Assembly (NCBI RefSeq): GCF_055900595.2
Contig: NZ_CM148325.1
Length of the DNA stretch: 64,000 nucleotides
Strand: one strand, 5' to 3'
The notes under the pieces are model-generated. The model saw only the letters and a list, made by a program, of their open reading frames with translations, ran no database searches and was not told the origin of the DNA. The translations under genes were made by a program, and so were the position numbers. Below are positions 37,783 to 46,871 of the stretch, one piece after another (the stretch's first letter is position 1; every line of letters starts with the position of its first letter).

Positions 37783-40272
37783 ATGGAGTTCGTCAGAGAC
37801 TGGCAAAAACCGCGCCCCGCTATCGGGCGCGAAGGCTTACCCGTACCTGAAACCGCACTGGATACCATCCTGAAGTGTTACCGCGCAGACGAAGAGCGCG
37901 CACTGCACGCTGAAGAGCAGGGTCATCCGCTTGCGGGCACAACCATCGGTAACGCGATCGACAAGTGGGAAGGCGCACAGGAGCGCCAGGAAGAGGCCAT
38001 CACGCTCACACAGGAAGCGAGAAGACACCCGCCCACCCTTATTGAGGAAACCCTCAAAGAGCTGGACACCCTGCCCAAGTGGTTGAGGCTGCCGCTGATT
38101 AAGCACCTGAACTTTTTAAGGCGCAAACAGGAGGACGAACAACAGAAAGGCAAGCGCGGCAAGGACACCCGCAAATATGAGCGCTTCCTGAAAAACGGCA
38201 TCCCCGCACGTCTTCGCCGTATTCGTGAGATTAACGCTCGCTTTGCACCGTTAAGTTTTCAGGCCGCTGCCATGCGCGAGAGTCTGGAAGAACTGATCAC
38301 ACTGCCGAACCTGAGCCGTGAACGCATCCAGAAAATAGCCGTACTGCTTGCCAGCGCCGTTAAAATGCATCTTGCCGACGCAATGGACAAGGCCCGCGAA
38401 ATAACAGGGAACGACAAAGACGACAACCTGAACAACTGGCTGATTGCCTACCAGTATATTGGTCGCCGTGTCCTGAAGCTGGGGATCACCCCACCATACT
38501 GGAGCGCCCTTGAACTCCGCCCCGACCGCAGAAGCCCCCCGGACGTGACACTGGTTCCGGGCGCTGTTTTGCGCCTGAACGACGCCGAATGGTGGAATAA
38601 AAAACTTCGCCAGATGCACGACGTCTGGCGTGAGGAACTTTTACGTGCAGCGGGCCTTGTATCCCGCCAGACCTCCGTTTATGTGAGCCGTGAAGCGCTG
38701 GCAGACTTCCGCGAAAAACAGGCCCGTACCCGCGATTTTCTCAAAGCGCACGACGTGGAGAACGAAGACGGCGAACGCATCAGTCTGGAAGATATCTACT
38801 ACGCCAGTACATCCAACCCGCATAACCGCCGCAACGAGATGATGGCGTGCGTTAAGGGAATGGAGCTTATCGCACAGGAACGCGGCGACGTGGCCTTCTT
38901 CGTCACGGTCACAGCCCCGTCTCGTTTTCACAGCGTCACCGACGCAGGCACGCTGAACCCGAAATACAAAGGCGCAACCGTAAAGGACGCCAGCGACTAT
39001 CTGGTTTATAACTTCTTCGCCTCCGCCCGCAAACTCATCAAAAAAGAGAAGCGGGGCTGGTACGGCATTCGCACCGTGGAGCCTCACCACGACGGCACGC
39101 CCCACTGGCACATGCTGGTATTCACAAGCCCTGAGAACGAAGAGCGCATCACGGAAATCATGTGCAATGCCGCCATTCGCGAAGACCGGGCAGAGCTGGG
39201 CGACGACATCACCCCGCGCTTCAAGTGCGAGAAGATAGATCCCGAAAAAGGCACGCCAACCAGCTACATCGCCACCTACATAGGCAAAGGCATTGACGCC
39301 GCTGCATTCGGCGACACGGATCCAAAAACAGGTAAACCGCCCGTTGACCACGAAAGCGGAAAACCTATGGCGGACACCGTGGAAAACGCCGTCGCCTGGG
39401 CGCGCCTGCATCGCATTCGCCAGTTCCAGTTCTTTGGCCTCCCTTCCCGTCAGGTGTGGCGTGAGTTCCGCCGCCTTGCCGGACAAATGGCACGCAACCC
39501 GAAGGGGCCGCAGGCACTGACCAACCCCAAAGCCGACGCCCTCCTTGTTGCAGCCGATACGGGGTGTTTTGCCAGCTACATCATGCATCAGGGCGGTGTG
39601 CTCATTCCCCGTAGTGAATATCTGGCCCGCACAGCCTACGTCACCGCAGAAGAGCCGAACAATTACAGCGAATTCCCCGAGCGCATTTACGGTATCCGCA
39701 TGCCGGAACTGGGGGAGGACTTCACGTTATGCACCCACCCGGAAGAGTGGAAAATCGTCAGAAAGGAACCGGAACCAGACAACCGCACGGGCGAGGGTTT
39801 TGACCTTCAGGGCGGCCCCGCCGCCCCTTGGACTCGTGGCAATAACTGTCACCCTGACGAAAAAACAACCAACAACAGCACACAAACAGAACAGTCAGAG
39901 TGGGCAAAACTGCCCCCCTTACCCCCATCGTCGGACGGTTTTGTGAGCTGGTTTAAGTCGCTTAAGAGGCCGGACAGGAAAAAACTACAAAGATTGCTCA
40001 AAAAACGCACCGAAGAGAGTCGCCAGAACGCCAGCGGCGGCACCGACACACCCACCGACACCATTAACCTGGGCGTTGTGCTGCCGGAACTGCCGGAAAT
40101 CGTGCAAGTCCGCCGCGATCTGGAAGCGCTGGGCGCGGACTTCCCCGAAGCAATGGCCCATTCCGTCTTTATGGGTGCCCGCGTTCGTCTGGGTGACGGT
40201 CGCACCGTTCACCGCGACGAGCAGACCGGGCGCATCACCGTCACCAGTCTGCAACCGGAGGCGAAACCATGA
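37783..40272 (+). CDS. A: P2 gpA-type rolling-circle replication initiator
   Basis: 829 aa; position after the early genes and length fit the P2/186 A protein; HxH-type motif region (HWHMLVF). Confidence 0.85.
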   Translation: MEFVRDWQKPRPAIGREGLPVPETALDTILKCYRADEERALHAEEQGHPLAGTTIGNAIDKWEGAQERQEEAITLTQEARRHPPTLIEETLKELDTLPKWLRLPLIKHLNFLRRKQEDEQQKGKRGKDTRKYERFLKNGIPARLRRIREINARFAPLSFQAAAMRESLEELITLPNLSRERIQKIAVLLASAVKMHLADAMDKAREITGNDKDDNLNNWLIAYQYIGRRVLKLGITPPYWSALELRPDRRSPPDVTLVPGAVLRLNDAEWWNKKLRQMHDVWREELLRAAGLVSRQTSVYVSREALADFREKQARTRDFLKAHDVENEDGERISLEDIYYASTSNPHNRRNEMMACVKGMELIAQERGDVAFFVTVTAPSRFHSVTDAGTLNPKYKGATVKDASDYLVYNFFASARKLIKKEKRGWYGIRTVEPHHDGTPHWHMLVFTSPENEERITEIMCNAAIREDRAELGDDITPRFKCEKIDPEKGTPTSYIATYIGKGIDAAAFGDTDPKTGKPPVDHESGKPMADTVENAVAWARLHRIRQFQFFGLPSRQVWREFRRLAGQMARNPKGPQALTNPKADALLVAADTGCFASYIMHQGGVLIPRSEYLARTAYVTAEEPNNYSEFPERIYGIRMPELGEDFTLCTHPEEWKIVRKEPEPDNRTGEGFDLQGGPAAPWTRGNNCHPDEKTTNNSTQTEQSEWAKLPPLPPSSDGFVSWFKSLKRPDRKKLQRLLKKRTEESRQNASGGTDTPTDTINLGVVLPELPEIVQVRRDLEALGADFPEAMAHSVFMGARVRLGDGRTVHRDEQTGRITVTSLQPEAKP

Positions 40273-40679
40273 ACCGTTATCATTGTGTACTGCCGCGCCA
40301 CTACTTCGGTCAGATTATGCGCTCGCGTATTCCGGCGGTCACGCTGCGAAACCTGAGCACGGTACCGCAGCCGGGCGATGAGCTGGAAATCGCCGTAGCA
40401 GGCCCTGACCGTTCAGCCAGCTGCGTGACCGCCGACGTGCTGAACGCCGTGCCCGTAGGTGGTGACTGGCTGGTTGCCATCCGCTTCCGCCAAGACCCGT
40501 TCGCACCTGAACCGCTCACCCCCGCAGGCCGCATCATGCAGAACTGGCGGGATGAACGCGCGAAGGCGAACTGCGAAAAACTGATTAACAGGATTGCCAC
40601 GACAAACCGACATGCCGCGCTGGCGCGCCGGATATACCCCGCAAAATCAACACAACCAACAGGAGTAAAAGGCCCATGA
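40269..40679 (+). CDS. hypothetical 136-aa protein translationally coupled to A (position of P2 orf91)
   Basis: ATGA overlap with A stop. Confidence 0.5.
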   Translation: MNRYHCVLPRHYFGQIMRSRIPAVTLRNLSTVPQPGDELEIAVAGPDRSASCVTADVLNAVPVGGDWLVAIRFRQDPFAPEPLTPAGRIMQNWRDERAKANCEKLINRIATTNRHAALARRIYPAKSTQPTGVKGP

Positions 40680-40822
40680 AAAGAATCGCCGGAACTGACT
40701 ACCAGGAGCTGCTTAAAGCGGTGGAAAACTACCGTTCAGCGCTGGTGTGGTGTGAGATTAAGCCCTGTGACCCGGGAGCAGTTAAGGATTGCAACCGGCG
40801 CGTGAGGACATTCAGCGCGTAA
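40676..40822 (+). CDS. hypothetical 48-aa Cys-containing peptide, coupled to upstream ORF
   Basis: hand translation MKRIAGTDYQELLKAVENYRSALVWCEIKPCDPGAVKDCNRRVRTFSA; ATGA overlap. Confidence 0.3.
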   Translation: MKRIAGTDYQELLKAVENYRSALVWCEIKPCDPGAVKDCNRRVRTFSA

Positions 40823-40937
40823 TTGGCTACCGCTATGTAGCAGCCATTATTGACCTTGTGAATGAACTGGAGGAAGCAAAAGAGCGCATCGCAGAACTGG
40901 AAACCCAGAATAACCCCAACCAGCAGGAGCAGAAGCC

Positions 40938-41519
40938 ATGAAAAAAAGAGACCTTAAAAAACACCTCCGTAGTCAGATTGAATATTTTGAAGATAAGGCT
41001 GCAAAAACAGGGCTTTCCGGTAAAGAGAACATGAACTTCAGGGCACACCTCCTGACGTGGAGAATACTTAATATCACGAGAGATGGACTTGAGCCGCTAG
41101 CCTACCTGATGGAAGATGGCGAGACCCTCATACAGGATCCCAATGTGGAAATGGAGAAGAAAGAGATGGACCTGCCGATAATCGGGCTGTTTGAGATCCC
41201 TGAACTAATAGGACGTTATGAACACGAAAACCGCCAGCTTGCCGCCTTTTTATCCGTGACAATCGAACGACTGGAAACCGTGAAACACGATATTCCGTTC
41301 GGTTTTGATGAGCGCACCGAGGGTGATTTGCTCAGCTTTCAGATTGCCCTGAACGTGCTCACCGCAGAGCCTTCTGCGTGGCTACGCCCGGAACGGCACC
41401 ACAACACGTTCGCATTTACCGTAATTCCCTACGATGCCGCACAGGAAGAGGATAACTTCGAGACCAGGCTTGTTCCCCTGTATCAGATTGCGGATTTCTA
41501 TACGTTGATTCGCTGGTAA
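40938..41519 (+). CDS. hypothetical 193-aa acidic protein (prophage cargo)
   Basis: ORF followed by a strong intrinsic terminator; no recognisable family. Confidence 0.55.
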   Translation: MKKRDLKKHLRSQIEYFEDKAAKTGLSGKENMNFRAHLLTWRILNITRDGLEPLAYLMEDGETLIQDPNVEMEKKEMDLPIIGLFEIPELIGRYEHENRQLAAFLSVTIERLETVKHDIPFGFDERTEGDLLSFQIALNVLTAEPSAWLRPERHHNTFAFTVIPYDAAQEEDNFETRLVPLYQIADFYTLIRW

Positions 41520-41534
41520 TCCCCCACAGTAAAA

Positions 41535-41557
41535 CAGCCCGACCGGGCTGTTTTTTT
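41535..41557 (+). terminator. rho-independent terminator
   Basis: cagcccgaccgggctg hairpin followed by T7. Confidence 0.6.
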
Positions 41558-41614
41558 ATCTGATATTTTTGATAACGTTGACCGGCTCATTAGCAAAAAA
41601 GCAAAGAGGAAAAC

Positions 41615-42001
41615 ATGAAAGCCCGTATCGGGATCATCCCGGAAAAAGCCCTGCGCCAGCACCTGATTGATATTGCCAGAGGGAAGCGAAAACCACAGCC
41701 CGACGAGCCAAAGGTATGGTTTTCATCCATCAATGCGGCAGGCCAGACGCTGAGCAATGAAAATATCGCCCTTCTGCGTCTTATGAATGAGGAGAAGCCG
41801 CAGACCATGACCGCACTTGCGGAGTTATCCGGCAGAAAACTGAGCAACCTGTCTGTAACCCTGAAAATGCTGAGCAGCTACGGTTTTGTCAGTCTGGAAA
41901 AGAAAGGGAATACTGTACACCCGAAAGCACTTTTTACCGATTTTGAAATCATCGTTGATCCGTCCGTGGGTTCAGTACATCGCGCCACCGCCCGGCCCTG
42001 A
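41615..42001 (+). CDS. standalone winged-helix DNA-binding protein (128 aa)
   Basis: C-terminal half TMTALAELSGRKLSNLSVTLKMLSSYGFVSLEKKG has wHTH character; RBS agaggaaaacATG; flanked by terminators on both sides. Confidence 0.5.
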   Translation: MKARIGIIPEKALRQHLIDIARGKRKPQPDEPKVWFSSINAAGQTLSNENIALLRLMNEEKPQTMTALAELSGRKLSNLSVTLKMLSSYGFVSLEKKGNTVHPKALFTDFEIIVDPSVGSVHRATARP

Positions 42002-42012
42002 AGTGCGCAATA

Positions 42013-42040
42013 AACAGCCCCGTTCGGGGCTGTTATTTAT
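42013..42040. terminator. bidirectional terminator between convergent genes
   Basis: cagccccgttcggggctg hairpin with T-rich flank. Confidence 0.55.
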
Positions 42041-42411
42041 TCCAGAATCAGCTGTTCAGGTGTGCAGCCGTACAGTCTGGCAAGGCGCTCAATATTTGCC
42101 CTGCGCGGGCGTTCTGTTCTTTCGAATTCGGACACGGTAGCCTGCCTGATACCCAGCGCATCCGCCACCTGCTTTTGCGTCATTCCGCGATAGATTCGCC
42201 ACGCCGCCTGCATGGTGCAGCCACGTTCCGAGAGGATGTTGACCACCTCGTTGGGATACAGCGTATCAGGCGATGCACTCGGTTCGTTCTGGACGTCCTC
42301 GTAGAGTTCGTCAAGGTCGCTGTCTCCTGCCAGTTTTTCAAACAACGCCACTGGCAGAATGACGGATACCCTGTTACCCGCACCGTCAGTAATAAACTGA
42401 ATCTGACTCAT
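42037..42411 (-). CDS. XRE-family HTH antitoxin (HigA-like)
   Basis: C-terminal MTQKQVADALGIRQATVSEFERTERPRRANIERLARLYGCTPEQL is a Cro/C1-type HTH; adjacent to RelE/ParE toxin gene. Confidence 0.7.
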   Translation of the reverse strand: MSQIQFITDGAGNRVSVILPVALFEKLAGDSDLDELYEDVQNEPSASPDTLYPNEVVNILSERGCTMQAAWRIYRGMTQKQVADALGIRQATVSEFERTERPRRANIERLARLYGCTPEQLILE

Positions 42412-42484
42412 TTGCCCCTCCTGCTAAACATCGGTTTATTTTTTAATTTGCTGCCGGTGATAAAAAACGGCGGGTCGCCCCGCC

Positions 42485-42757
42485 TTAGTATGTTGTCGAG
42501 GTTCTCCGCTGAATACGGAGGATCCTGATAACCACTATCTGCCCTCCCTCAATCGTGAACCTGACACGGTAATGATTTACCCTGAGTCTGTACTCCCCGC
42601 CCGAGTCAGTGAGCTTTTTAATATCCAGATTCTGGAACTTCGGATAGCCATAAAGCGCGTTAACTTTCTCGCGTAAGGATTTCTGATCCCTCGCTGGCAA
42701 AACCCGTAAATCTTTGATTGCCCGAGGGGTCCACATGATTTCAGTCGTCATAAACAC
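42485..42757 (-). CDS. RelE/ParE-family type II toxin
   Basis: ~90 aa with the ...EYRLRVNHYRVRFTIEGGQIVVIRILRIQRR core typical of RelE/ParE toxins. Confidence 0.7.
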   Translation of the reverse strand: MFMTTEIMWTPRAIKDLRVLPARDQKSLREKVNALYGYPKFQNLDIKKLTDSGGEYRLRVNHYRVRFTIEGGQIVVIRILRIQRRTSTTY

Positions 42758-43340
42758 ACCGGAAGCAAATTATTAAAGAGCCGTGCCCGCTGGCACACCT
42801 TAAATATAGGTTTTAACCCCTATATTGTCAAACAAAATCCCTATATCATGAAGTAAAAAAGCACCTCCCGCGACCTCCCTTTCCGGTGCACGAAAGTGCA
42901 CAAATTTGCACAATTTTTTTGAACGACTTTTTGCCCTTCCGGCCCGTGTGGCGTCTGGATCCGTCGGGGATCCGTGCGTGCACGAAAAAAGGCCTTTTTC
43001 TGCGCGCAGGTGACGGGGGAACAGCCCGCGTTTCAGGGGGTAAATAGCATTCCCTGAACGATGTTGCAGTGACACAACAGAATGGCTGTATTTCTCACGC
43101 TGAGCGTGAAAAAGACGTAAGGGCTTTTGATTTGATGGGGTGAAAGATAAGGCCGTCAAAATCGCACTGAGGCAGCGAGAATATGTCGTCAGAGTTGCGG
43201 GGTTGCGTAAGCATCCGCCCGGCGATGATGGCTACAGGGCTGGAGATGTTGTGAAATTATCTGAAGGAATAACCAGCTTGCAGGAGAACCCGGGCAAAGT
43301 CAGAATAGCGGCAGGCATCAACTCAAAAGAGGATAATGTC

Positions 43341-43844
43341 ATGAGCCACTTTAATGATTTATGCCAGATCAATCGTGAAGCTGAAGAAAAACGCGCTGAG
43401 GCAGCTCAAATTTTGCGGGATGAAGCGGCAAGGCTGATTGATTTCTATGAAGAATGGCTGGGGCTTCCATCCATGTACTGGGAAGACGATGATGGCGACC
43501 TGCACCGCTACGTGGAGACAGGCTTGCCATGTAAGACAGCGGCGGATTTTAGTCCTCTTTCAGTCCACAATATCGCATCTGCACCAGACAATATTTTCCG
43601 CATGGCCGTACGAACCTGGGTTAAGTCATCTGACAGCAGCTACCCGGTAAGCGTGGTTATTGCACTTGAATTATATTCAGTAGATGCGGAACGGGTGTCT
43701 CTGAGAGTCCGGGTGGAAGACGATATTTCTGTTCGCGTATTTATCAATAAACCCAGCGAAGAAGCCTGGGGCGATGTTGTTATGCACATGAAAAAGCACA
43801 TCGCTAATCACCTGAAAAAGCGAGCGCCATCAGCACTTCGTTAA
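43341..43844 (+). CDS. hypothetical 167-aa protein (prophage cargo); alternative GTG start at 43140
   Basis: ATG at 43341 with aaagagga RBS; followed by bidirectional terminator before Q. Confidence 0.5.
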   Translation: MSHFNDLCQINREAEEKRAEAAQILRDEAARLIDFYEEWLGLPSMYWEDDDGDLHRYVETGLPCKTAADFSPLSVHNIASAPDNIFRMAVRTWVKSSDSSYPVSVVIALELYSVDAERVSLRVRVEDDISVRVFINKPSEEAWGDVVMHMKKHIANHLKKRAPSALR

Positions 43845-43859
43845 GCAGAGCTGGAGAGT

Positions 43860-43884
43860 CGGGGCATAAATTTTTTATGCCCCG
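43860..43884. terminator. bidirectional terminator between the cargo gene and Q
   Basis: cggggcat-aaatttttt-atgccccg hairpin. Confidence 0.5.
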
Positions 43885-43910
43885 GCGAAGCAGCAGACAA
43901 GCGAAGCGCG

Positions 43911-44966
43911 TCAGGATATGGGCCGGGTGTCTAACAGTGCGTAAGGGTTAAAACGGATCACCTCTTCGCCCAGCCAGTCGTTGACGTGTTTCATTGCTTC
44001 CATGACGGGCATCAGTTCGTTAATGGCAAACACACGGGCTGCCTTCTCCACATCCCCGAATGACCCCTTCTCACCCGGCATGGCCCCCATCAGCTGAGGT
44101 GGCACGCGGTGCACAGCCAGCACGTCATCACGCGATGCGGCCTTGACGTTCATGAACTCATCCTTTGCGGTGATTTGCTGAAACGGCAAAATCTGTACGC
44201 CATCCTTACCACCTCCCGCCGCGTGGATGAGCAGATTTTTAAACGCCCCGCCACCACGCGCGCTTTGCAGTGTTTCCCGCAGTTTTTCCATGCTTTCACG
44301 GTCAACCTGCGCCGCACCGATGTAGACAATACAGCCCGCGTGTGAGCCGTTATCGTAGTAGAGCTTGCGGAAGATATCGGCGGAATGTGACAGGCTGGCA
44401 GACAGCAGGCCGCCCAGGTAATCCGGCATCCCGTAAATCTCCTGGTTGATATCAGGATTCATCAGGTGGCATATCGTCCCCTCACGAAAGCGGTACTCTT
44501 CCTGTCCTTCCTGTATATACCACCATGATTTCATATCGCTGCCACGTCGCATGTATTTCGCCAGCGCCCGGCGCAGGGCCAGCGGTTCGCCAAGCATGTT
44601 GCGCCGCAGCTCAAGACAGGCATTACCGAACACAAACCAGTCCATCGCCACCCCGGCGAACTCCTGGCGGGACAGCAGAGGATGTGGAATATAGCAGCCC
44701 AGCAGCACATTACGTTTGAAGCTGAGCGCCGACTGGTGCCAGGACGTCTGGCGGGCAGCCCGTGCCAGTCCGTACCAGTCAACGGGCGTTTCAAACCACC
44801 GCCCGTTGTCGGCGCAGTACATGCTGTCCAGCAGGTCGGCCCCTGACAGCCGGTAAGGTCCTTCAAACGTGAAGGCACTCAGTGTCGGGTCGCTTCGCAG
44901 GGAATCCGCAAGGCTGCCCTGCGCTGCGCGGGCGTTCGTACGTCGTTGTTTATTTTTTCTGCTCAT
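43911..44966 (-). CDS. Q: portal protein (P2 gpQ-like)
   Basis: 351 aa; position downstream of terminase P in the leftward P-Q operon. Confidence 0.85.
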   Translation of the reverse strand: MSRKNKQRRTNARAAQGSLADSLRSDPTLSAFTFEGPYRLSGADLLDSMYCADNGRWFETPVDWYGLARAARQTSWHQSALSFKRNVLLGCYIPHPLLSRQEFAGVAMDWFVFGNACLELRRNMLGEPLALRRALAKYMRRGSDMKSWWYIQEGQEEYRFREGTICHLMNPDINQEIYGMPDYLGGLLSASLSHSADIFRKLYYDNGSHAGCIVYIGAAQVDRESMEKLRETLQSARGGGAFKNLLIHAAGGGKDGVQILPFQQITAKDEFMNVKAASRDDVLAVHRVPPQLMGAMPGEKGSFGDVEKAARVFAINELMPVMEAMKHVNDWLGEEVIRFNPYALLDTRPIS

Positions 44967-46717
44967 CAGAACTCCGTAACACTGAAGGGGGCGGCATCAT
45001 GTTCACCGCCGACAGGTTCGTTGATAACGGCCAGCATGGTGGCCCATGCAAGATCGCCATGGCTTACGCCTCTTGCGCGATCTGTTTCGTAGGTGATAAA
45101 TCCGGCCTGCGTTTTTGTTTTGCGTACCGCGTTAAAGGCGCTCACCAGTTCGCGCTCGCTGCGGTCGTACTCCCACCGCCCGGCGCGCATGAGCTGCAGC
45201 ATCTTCAGAACCAGCGTGCGCTTTGATGACAGGGTGAAGGTGTAGGGAATGGCTGCCGGAAAAAAGCGCTTCACAATCTGATACACCGCATCCCCGTGAC
45301 CGCCGGTTACGTCAATACCGATATGCTCAACGTTATAGCGAAAGGTGAACTCTTCAATCACCTTCGCCTGCGCCTCAAACTCCAGCCCCTGCACCCGCCG
45401 CGTCTCCACGGTGCGAAAACGCCCGCCCGGTACGGCTGGCGGCACCACCACGACAACCGCCCCGCTGTCACCGTTCCCGCTACTGCCGTTGGCGTCGTAC
45501 CCAATCCACACAGGGCGGTTCCCCATCGGACGCGGTGCAAACGGCTTCCAGTCCGGCCACTCGTCGTATCCGTCAACACCGCAGCCAATCAGGATATTCA
45601 GGTTAAATGCCGATTCCCCTTCGCGAGCAAATTCACACATGTAGAGATTGCGGAACTCGTCTTCAGTGTTATTGCGCCGGATTTTGTCAATGTTGGTTAA
45701 CGTCCATCCCTGACTGACCACATCTTCCAGCGTCACAATTTGCCGCCAGATATAGTCAGGACAGATAAGGCCGTTATGAAGCGCATTCCAGCTCACATCA
45801 AAATGCTGACGTTTATGAGTACGAAGCCCTTCATTCCAGTGATCGCCGTTCCAGTATGCATACGCCTCATGTGTTTCACTTGATGGCGTGGAAAAATAGG
45901 TACACCGCAAACCATCCAGCGTTGCCATAGCAGCAGCCACCTTGCGCAGCTCTGCGAAACGCCCCGTCCAGAAAAACTCATCAAAATACAGATTCCCTGT
46001 GTACGCTTGCGCGGTGGCCGCAGAAGTGCCGAGAAAATGCAGCTCTGCACCGTTGGAGAGGATGACTTTATCGCCCCCTTTCAGTTCCACATCAACTTCA
46101 GATGCAGCCTTCTGAATAATGCTTTTAAACTGGAGCGCCTGACGACGAGACGCAGACAAAAAAATCTGGTTACGCTGGTAAGGTTGTGCCACATCGTCAC
46201 GCAGCGCCATCAGCAGCGCTTCCTGCGCAAAATACCAGGTCGCCCCAATCTGGCGGGATTTCAGGATCATCCTGTCAGTAATTCCGGCACGCTCACAGGC
46301 ACCGATAGCATCAAGCCATTTGCGCTGGTGTCCGGCCAGCCTGTCGGTAATTTTTTCCCGCAGCGCCGCGATCTGTTCCGGCGTGAAATGATTTTTGTGT
46401 TTTTTCGCCCGGCCTTTCTTTCCTGTTGCCGTCTCATCCGGCAGACCGTCATGCAGCTTTTTAAGCTGACGGGTCAGCAAATCAATTTCCTTAAAGTCCC
46501 CGCCTGTTTTATTCTGTTTTTCCGTGAGCTGAATGAGTCGCGCATCCATGGACTGCGTGACACGCTGAACCGGGGGCGTCTCATCCCACTGGTCGCGTTT
46601 TTTCCACGAATGGATCGTGTTCTGGTTGATACCCATAAGGCGGGAAATTTCCGCAACAGGGTAACCCTGCCAGTACAGCTGGCGTGCCCGCTGGCGAACA
46701 AATGTATCCTGAATCAT
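44966..46717 (-). CDS. P: terminase large (ATPase) subunit (P2 gpP-like)
   Basis: 583 aa; N-terminal HTH-like segment, ATPase and nuclease regions. Confidence 0.9.
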   Translation of the reverse strand: MIQDTFVRQRARQLYWQGYPVAEISRLMGINQNTIHSWKKRDQWDETPPVQRVTQSMDARLIQLTEKQNKTGGDFKEIDLLTRQLKKLHDGLPDETATGKKGRAKKHKNHFTPEQIAALREKITDRLAGHQRKWLDAIGACERAGITDRMILKSRQIGATWYFAQEALLMALRDDVAQPYQRNQIFLSASRRQALQFKSIIQKAASEVDVELKGGDKVILSNGAELHFLGTSAATAQAYTGNLYFDEFFWTGRFAELRKVAAAMATLDGLRCTYFSTPSSETHEAYAYWNGDHWNEGLRTHKRQHFDVSWNALHNGLICPDYIWRQIVTLEDVVSQGWTLTNIDKIRRNNTEDEFRNLYMCEFAREGESAFNLNILIGCGVDGYDEWPDWKPFAPRPMGNRPVWIGYDANGSSGNGDSGAVVVVVPPAVPGGRFRTVETRRVQGLEFEAQAKVIEEFTFRYNVEHIGIDVTGGHGDAVYQIVKRFFPAAIPYTFTLSSKRTLVLKMLQLMRAGRWEYDRSERELVSAFNAVRKTKTQAGFITYETDRARGVSHGDLAWATMLAVINEPVGGEHDAAPFSVTEF

Positions 46718-46782
46718 TTCTCCCCCTCATGTGATTCAGGCAGTTTACTCACCCCTTACAGGCCTCCTGCCATGCCCGGTGT

Positions 46783-46806
46783 TGTCGGCATTCGCTTACA
46801 ACAAAC
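46783..46806 (+). promoter_or_regulatory. Ogr-type late promoter element (TGT-N12-ACA dyad) in the divergent P/O control region
   Basis: TGTcggcattcgcttACA at 46783-46800, about 70 nt upstream of the O start. Confidence 0.45.
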
Positions 46807-46871
46807 GCACTTTGTCTGTCCCTGCCCCGTTTTGCCATCATGAGACAAACGATCATCACGAGGGCCCGACA

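Noticed and set aside
38641-39588. 315-aa minus-strand ORF inside replication gene A
   Set aside because: Antisense to a well-supported long gene; composition-driven open frame.
42800-43159. 119-aa minus-strand ORF upstream of the toxin gene
   Set aside because: Runs through the palindromic control region with no RBS; basic low-complexity translation; more likely regulatory DNA.
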